Source: an uncultured Gammaproteobacteria bacterium (GTDB lineage Bacteria > Patescibacteriota > Microgenomatia > UBA10105 > UBA927). Taken from it: a DNA stretch of 64,000 bases. Of the stretch, positions 60,051 to 64,000 are shown in pieces. The stretch spans positions 231 to 64,230 of the forward strand of contig CAZNKB010000001.1 of assembly GCA_964573695.1 (NCBI GenBank), in the 5' to 3' direction. The notes under the pieces were generated by a model. It worked only from the letters and a program-made list of their open reading frames with translations, was not told the DNA's origin and ran no database searches. The position numbers and the translations under genes are program-made. Position 1 is the first letter of the stretch. Each line of letters begins with the position of its first letter.

Positions 60051-60293
60051 TTATTTCGTTAATTTACTCACTACGATAAAATGTTTGGTTTTGCTGATCG
60101 GCTTGGTTTCTACGATAGTGACTTTATCCCCTACGGCAATATCCACTCCGGTTACGTGTGCCACGAAATGCTTGGTGCGTTTGATCGTTTTTCTATACAA
60201 CGGATGTTTTGAAAGCCGAATGACTTCCACAACCGCGGTATCTTTCATACTTGTCGAAATCACCACACCGGTAAATTCTTTGTGTTGTTTCAT
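60051..60293 (-). CDS. rpsQ: 30S ribosomal protein S17
   Basis: GVVIS..M.DT, HPLY.K, PISKTK. Confidence 0.96.
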   Translation of the reverse strand: MKQHKEFTGVVISTSMKDTAVVEVIRLSKHPLYRKTIKRTKHFVAHVTGVDIAVGDKVTIVETKPISKTKHFIVVSKLTK

Positions 60294-60511
60294 ACATGAC
60301 CTTCTTTCTGTTGCGACAGTTCTTTTTCGCGTCTGAATGAAAGTGTCACTGCGAGTTTTCGCCGCAATTCTTTCGCTTCCCGACGGTTTTTTACTTCTTT
60401 CGTCAGCATGGTCTGTCCTACGTCACGAATTTGCTTACGTATTTCTTTTGCTTTCTTGTCCAAATCCTTCACTCCCATGCCGCGTAATTCGTCTTTGTCT
60501 CGCTTTTTCAT
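60290..60511 (-). CDS. rpmC: 50S ribosomal protein L29
   Basis: Lies between rplP and rpsQ; ELR...RRKLA helical pattern. Confidence 0.85.
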   Translation of the reverse strand: MKKRDKDELRGMGVKDLDKKAKEIRKQIRDVGQTMLTKEVKNRREAKELRRKLAVTLSFRREKELSQQKEGHV

Positions 60512-60924
60512 ACTGTCTTCTCCCGTGTAATAAATTTGCTCTTGATCGGTAATTTGATTCCGGCAAGTCTCATCGCCTGTGCGGCGAGTTCTACATCAAC
60601 TCCGGCCATTTCAAATAATACCCGTCCTGGCCGTACGACACAGACATATTCAGCGACATCACCTTTTCCGCTTCCCATACGGGTTTCCGGAGGTTTTTTT
60701 GTGATTGGCTTATCCGGAAATATCCTAATCCACACTCTTCCTCCGCGGCGGATGTGATGCGTAAGCGCGCGTCGCGACGCTTCTATCTGGCGACTGGAAA
60801 CCCAACCGGATTCCATTGCCTTAAGTCCGTAATCTCCGAAAGACAGCGCTGAACCCCGGAACGACAATCCCCGGCGCTTGCCCCGGAATACTTTTCTATG
60901 TTTTGCTCGTTTTGGTGCTAACAT
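60508..60924 (-). CDS. rplP: 50S ribosomal protein L16
   Basis: RQIEA, WIRIFPD, RMGSGKG. Confidence 0.97.
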   Translation of the reverse strand: MLAPKRAKHRKVFRGKRRGLSFRGSALSFGDYGLKAMESGWVSSRQIEASRRALTHHIRRGGRVWIRIFPDKPITKKPPETRMGSGKGDVAEYVCVVRPGRVLFEMAGVDVELAAQAMRLAGIKLPIKSKFITREKTV

Positions 60925-60963
60925 ACTTCTAAATTTTGCTTTTGACTGTTAACTGCTTAACGG

Positions 60964-61644
60964 TCAATTGCTCATGACTTTCTTACAAATCCATACTTTT
61001 ACTCCGACATATCCTGATTTCGTAAGTGACGGCACTTCCGCGTAATCCACTTCTTCCCGAATAGTGGAGAGCGGTATGGTCCCCGCCTTATAGGTCTCGC
61101 GACGGGCAATTTCTGCTCCTGCGATACGTCCTGCCAATTTAATTTTGACGCCGCGCGCGCCGCTGGTCATCACGCGTTCAACCGTCTGCATGCAAATCCG
61201 CTTATGCGGCATACGCTTGATCAATTGGTCTGCGATATTGGTCGCTACGATTTGTGCACTCAAATTCGGTTCTTTCACCGGCTCTACAACCACTTCCACT
61301 TTCGTTTTCTGATTATCAAAGGACGCCTTGCCAAGCTTTTTTTCTTTCGCGATGCGGCGTAGCTCCCCTTCGATAAACTTTTTGATCTCTTCAAGTCCTG
61401 TGCCTCCGCGCCCAATGACAAGACCCGGTCGGGAAACATGAAGGACGACGCGAATTTTGTTTATCGACCGTTCGATTTCAGCCTGTGCCAGACCTGCCGG
61501 CTTCAAGCGTTTTGTCAATGATTCGCGAAGCAATACGTCCTGCAAAAGCAAATCTGCATATCGCGCATCGTCAGCAAACCACCGTGATACCCAGGTATAC
61601 AATGGCCCAAGCCGGAATCCATATGGATGAATTTTTTGTCCCAT
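60964..61644 (-). CDS. rpsC: 30S ribosomal protein S3
   Basis: MGQKIHPYGFRLG, RPGLVIG, GAEIAR. Confidence 0.97.
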   Translation of the reverse strand: MGQKIHPYGFRLGPLYTWVSRWFADDARYADLLLQDVLLRESLTKRLKPAGLAQAEIERSINKIRVVLHVSRPGLVIGRGGTGLEEIKKFIEGELRRIAKEKKLGKASFDNQKTKVEVVVEPVKEPNLSAQIVATNIADQLIKRMPHKRICMQTVERVMTSGARGVKIKLAGRIAGAEIARRETYKAGTIPLSTIREEVDYAEVPSLTKSGYVGVKVWICKKVMSN

Positions 61645-61646
61645 AC

Positions 61647-61988
61647 TTATGCACCTTTCTCCTCATCTTTTAATACGACTTTTACGTGTGTCATTCGTTT
61701 CTTGTAGGAATGTGCCATGCCGCGGCTAGCTGCGTGCCAACGTTTGAGCACGGGTCCCCCCATGACATCGATTGCCGCTATTACAAGATTTGCGACTATC
61801 GCTTTTTTCTGTACTGCATTTGCAACTGCCGAATCAATTAGCTTTTTAAGCGGCTCGGACGCTTGCTTCGGAACCGAACCTAAGGCAGAAAGTGCCACGC
61901 CGACCTTTTTGCCGGAAATAGCACGCGCCACCAACCGCACTTTGCGCGGGCTCGTCCGTATATATTTTGCAGTTGCTGTGTATTCCAT
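61647..61988 (-). CDS. rplV: 50S ribosomal protein L22
   Basis: SPRKVRLVA, SAVANA, GP.LKR. Confidence 0.97.
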   Translation of the reverse strand: MEYTATAKYIRTSPRKVRLVARAISGKKVGVALSALGSVPKQASEPLKKLIDSAVANAVQKKAIVANLVIAAIDVMGGPVLKRWHAASRGMAHSYKKRMTHVKVVLKDEEKGA

Positions 61989-61994
61989 ATGCGT

Positions 61995-62279
61995 TTATGT
62001 CTTGTCCAATACGCGTTTCGTCACCTGTCCGTGTCCCCGGAAAGTTCGTGTCGGGGCAAATTCGCCCAGGTGATGACCAACCATATTTTCCGTCACAAAT
62101 ACTTCCGTAAATACCCGCCCGTTATGCACGGCAAATGTCACCCCGACGAAATCCGGACTTATTTGACTTGCCCGTGCCCACGTCTTGATCGGTGTATGAT
62201 CTCCCCCTGCTTTTTGTTTGTTAATTTTCGCTAACAAGCGCGGATCGATATATGGTCCTTTTTTGCTGCTTCTACTCAT
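61995..62279 (-). CDS. rpsS: 30S ribosomal protein S19
   Basis: [21 protein letters not shown]. Confidence 0.97.
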   Translation of the reverse strand: MSRSSKKGPYIDPRLLAKINKQKAGGDHTPIKTWARASQISPDFVGVTFAVHNGRVFTEVFVTENMVGHHLGEFAPTRTFRGHGQVTKRVLDKT

Positions 62280-62282
62280 ATA

Positions 62283-63038
62283 TTATTTCCTCCGACCGAC
62301 GATAAACCGGTCACTATATTTGCGTAATTTCCGAGTTTTCTTGCCGAGTGTCCGCTTGCCCCATGGGCTTTTCGGAGACTTCATACCTATGCCGCTTCTG
62401 CCTTCTCCTCCGCCGTGCGGGTGCGATCTTGGATTCATCGCTACTCCCCGAACCGTGGGGCGAATTCCCATATGCCTTGAACGTCCTGCTGTACCAATCA
62501 CGCGGTTTTTGCGATCTTCATTTCCTACCTGCCCGACCGTTGCTTTGGCGGCTGCATCAAATACGCGCGTTTCCCCGCTGGGGAGCTTGACCTGGATCAA
62601 CTGGCCGTCTTTGGCAAGTACTACAGCTGAATTCCCCGCGGATCTCACCATTTGTGCGCCACGACCCGGCTTGATTTCCAAATTGTGTACCAGGGTGCCA
62701 ACGGGAATACTCCCGAGAGGCAAACAATTACCGACATTCGCATCTATATTAGCCCCCGAAAGCACGCTGTCGTTTACTTTAAGACCCAGGGGGGCTAGTA
62801 TATACCGTTTTTCCCCATCGCGGTAGACCAAAAGCGCGATATCGCTTGAACGGTTCGGATCATAGATGATCTCTTTAACCGTTGCCGGCACACCGTCTTT
62901 ATCCCGTTTCCAGTCAATAATCCGGAAGTAGCGTTTCTGTCGGCCTCCCTGATGACGCACCGACACGTGCCCAAACGCGTCCCGCCCGGAATTTTTGGGT
63001 AATATTTCAACTAGTGATCGTATAAAAAGTTTTTTCAT
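62283..63038 (-). CDS. rplB: 50S ribosomal protein L2 (N-terminally short)
   Basis: [26 protein letters not shown]. Confidence 0.97.
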   Translation of the reverse strand: MKKLFIRSLVEILPKNSGRDAFGHVSVRHQGGRQKRYFRIIDWKRDKDGVPATVKEIIYDPNRSSDIALLVYRDGEKRYILAPLGLKVNDSVLSGANIDANVGNCLPLGSIPVGTLVHNLEIKPGRGAQMVRSAGNSAVVLAKDGQLIQVKLPSGETRVFDAAAKATVGQVGNEDRKNRVIGTAGRSRHMGIRPTVRGVAMNPRSHPHGGGEGRSGIGMKSPKSPWGKRTLGKKTRKLRKYSDRFIVGRRK

Positions 63039-63050
63039 AATCCGCGCTGT

Positions 63051-63347
63051 TTAGGCTTTTGCTGCTTGTTCACCGATATCAAAAACCGCGATTTTCTGAC
63101 CGGTCTTGAGACGAACCATTGCCTTTTTCCAATCCGTGTGCCGCTTCATGATCATTTTTTTCCCGGTACGGTGCATCTTGCCGACTCGGCGGATCGTCCG
63201 GACGTCCACAACCGACACATTATAAAGTCGACCTATCTCTTTGGCAATAAATTCTTTCCGGACAAATGCCCCGACTGCAAACGTATACCAGCCACTCTGG
63301 GCAAGTGCCATAGATTTTTCGGTAATGAGCGGACGAGTTGATTTCAT
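63051..63347 (-). CDS. rplW: 50S ribosomal protein L23
   Basis: PLITEKS, WKKAMVRL. Confidence 0.95.
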   Translation of the reverse strand: MKSTRPLITEKSMALAQSGWYTFAVGAFVRKEFIAKEIGRLYNVSVVDVRTIRRVGKMHRTGKKMIMKRHTDWKKAMVRLKTGQKIAVFDIGEQAAKA

Positions 63348-63348
63348 A

Positions 63349-64000
63349 TTATTTCGTAAGCCCCGGTTTTATCGGAGTAAAATGCGCCTTGCTCTCTTCC
63401 AGGGCGCTCTTGGTAAACACTATCTTTTTGTGAGTCAAAAGCATATAAGGATTAAGATCTTTGGCGTTTTGAATGGTCACGTAATCGATATTTCGTGCTG
63501 AACGAACAAGAGATACTGAATCCTTTGCTACGACCAGCAACGCGTTGCTCGTGACTCCTGCTGCCGTTAACGCGTTCACCACGTTTTTCGTCTTGGGTCC
63601 CAATGATTCCAAACCGTCCATAACCAGCGTATCGGCAAGCTTAGCGCTTAAAGCAGATATTAGAGCTCGGCTCCTCATGCTCTTGCTCATTTTCAAGTGA
63701 TAATCACGGGTAACTGGTCCGAAAACGACACCTCCGCCCACAAAAATGGGTGCCCGGATTGAACCATGTCGTGCCTTACCGGTGCCTTTTTGCTTATAAA
63801 TTTTGCGTGAAGAACCTTCTACCTCGCCGCGCGTCTTCGCGTGCGCGCCGCCTTCCCGCTGATTTGCAAGATATACGCGGACTGATTGGGCGAGAAGATT
63901 TTTGTTTACTTCGCTCCCGAATAATTCTTTGGGCAGCGTCACCTTTCCCCCTGCTTTGCCGTCAACGCCATAGACAGATACGGAAAGTGCCACTTCCTTC
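63349..64000 (-). CDS. rplD: 50S ribosomal protein L4 (start at 63993 or beyond the window edge)
   Basis: KTRGEV.G..RK..KQKGTGKARHG, GGGVVFGP; frame stays open to the window edge. Confidence 0.96.
   Translation of the reverse strand, partial: KEVALSVSVYGVDGKAGGKVTLPKELFGSEVNKNLLAQSVRVYLANQREGGAHAKTRGEVEGSSRKIYKQKGTGKARHGSIRAPIFVGGGVVFGPVTRDYHLKMSKSMRSRALISALSAKLADTLVMDGLESLGPKTKNVVNALTAAGVTSNALLVVAKDSVSLVRSARNIDYVTIQNAKDLNPYMLLTHKKIVFTKSALEESKAHFTPIKPGLTK

Noticed and set aside
43049-63501. Many plus-strand ORFs of 60-200 aa across the ribosomal operons
   Set aside because: Antisense shadows of conserved genes with no SD or motif support.

Overview
A 64-kb housekeeping-rich window from a reduced-genome bacterium, most consistent with Patescibacteria/CPR (Microgenomates-like). 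Supporting signs are the absence of rpmD/uL30 between rpsE and rplO, an AspRS without the GAD insert, an N-terminally short uL2, many apparently leaderless genes, and standard code 11. It holds the S10-spc-alpha ribosomal superoperon (rplD to rpsI, minus strand), interrupted between map and infA by a 5.7-kb alkaline-phosphatase-superfamily island. It also holds recA/recX/rny/hup, miaA/miaB, RNase P RNA, comM, secDF, cca, recJ, aspS, gltX, era, an ECF-sigma module and salvage/transport genes. The most unusual element is at 40462-40736: a complete tRNA-Pro(GGG) sits inside the D-loop of a second, covarying tRNA-Pro(GGG) whose D-loop carries two fully base-paired insertions (a nested tRNA). The second hotspot is 16.3-17.8 kb. 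There, back-to-back sigma70 promoters drive (i) a T-box riboswitch with an ultra-short Stem I and a GAC (Asp) specifier ahead of an AspRS fused to a YbaK/ProX-family editing domain, and (ii) a textbook leader-peptide attenuator ahead of unannotated microproteins or structured RNA bracketed by a repeated two-hairpin motif. All calls were made by eye from the sequence and the ORF track; no database searches or folding programs were run.
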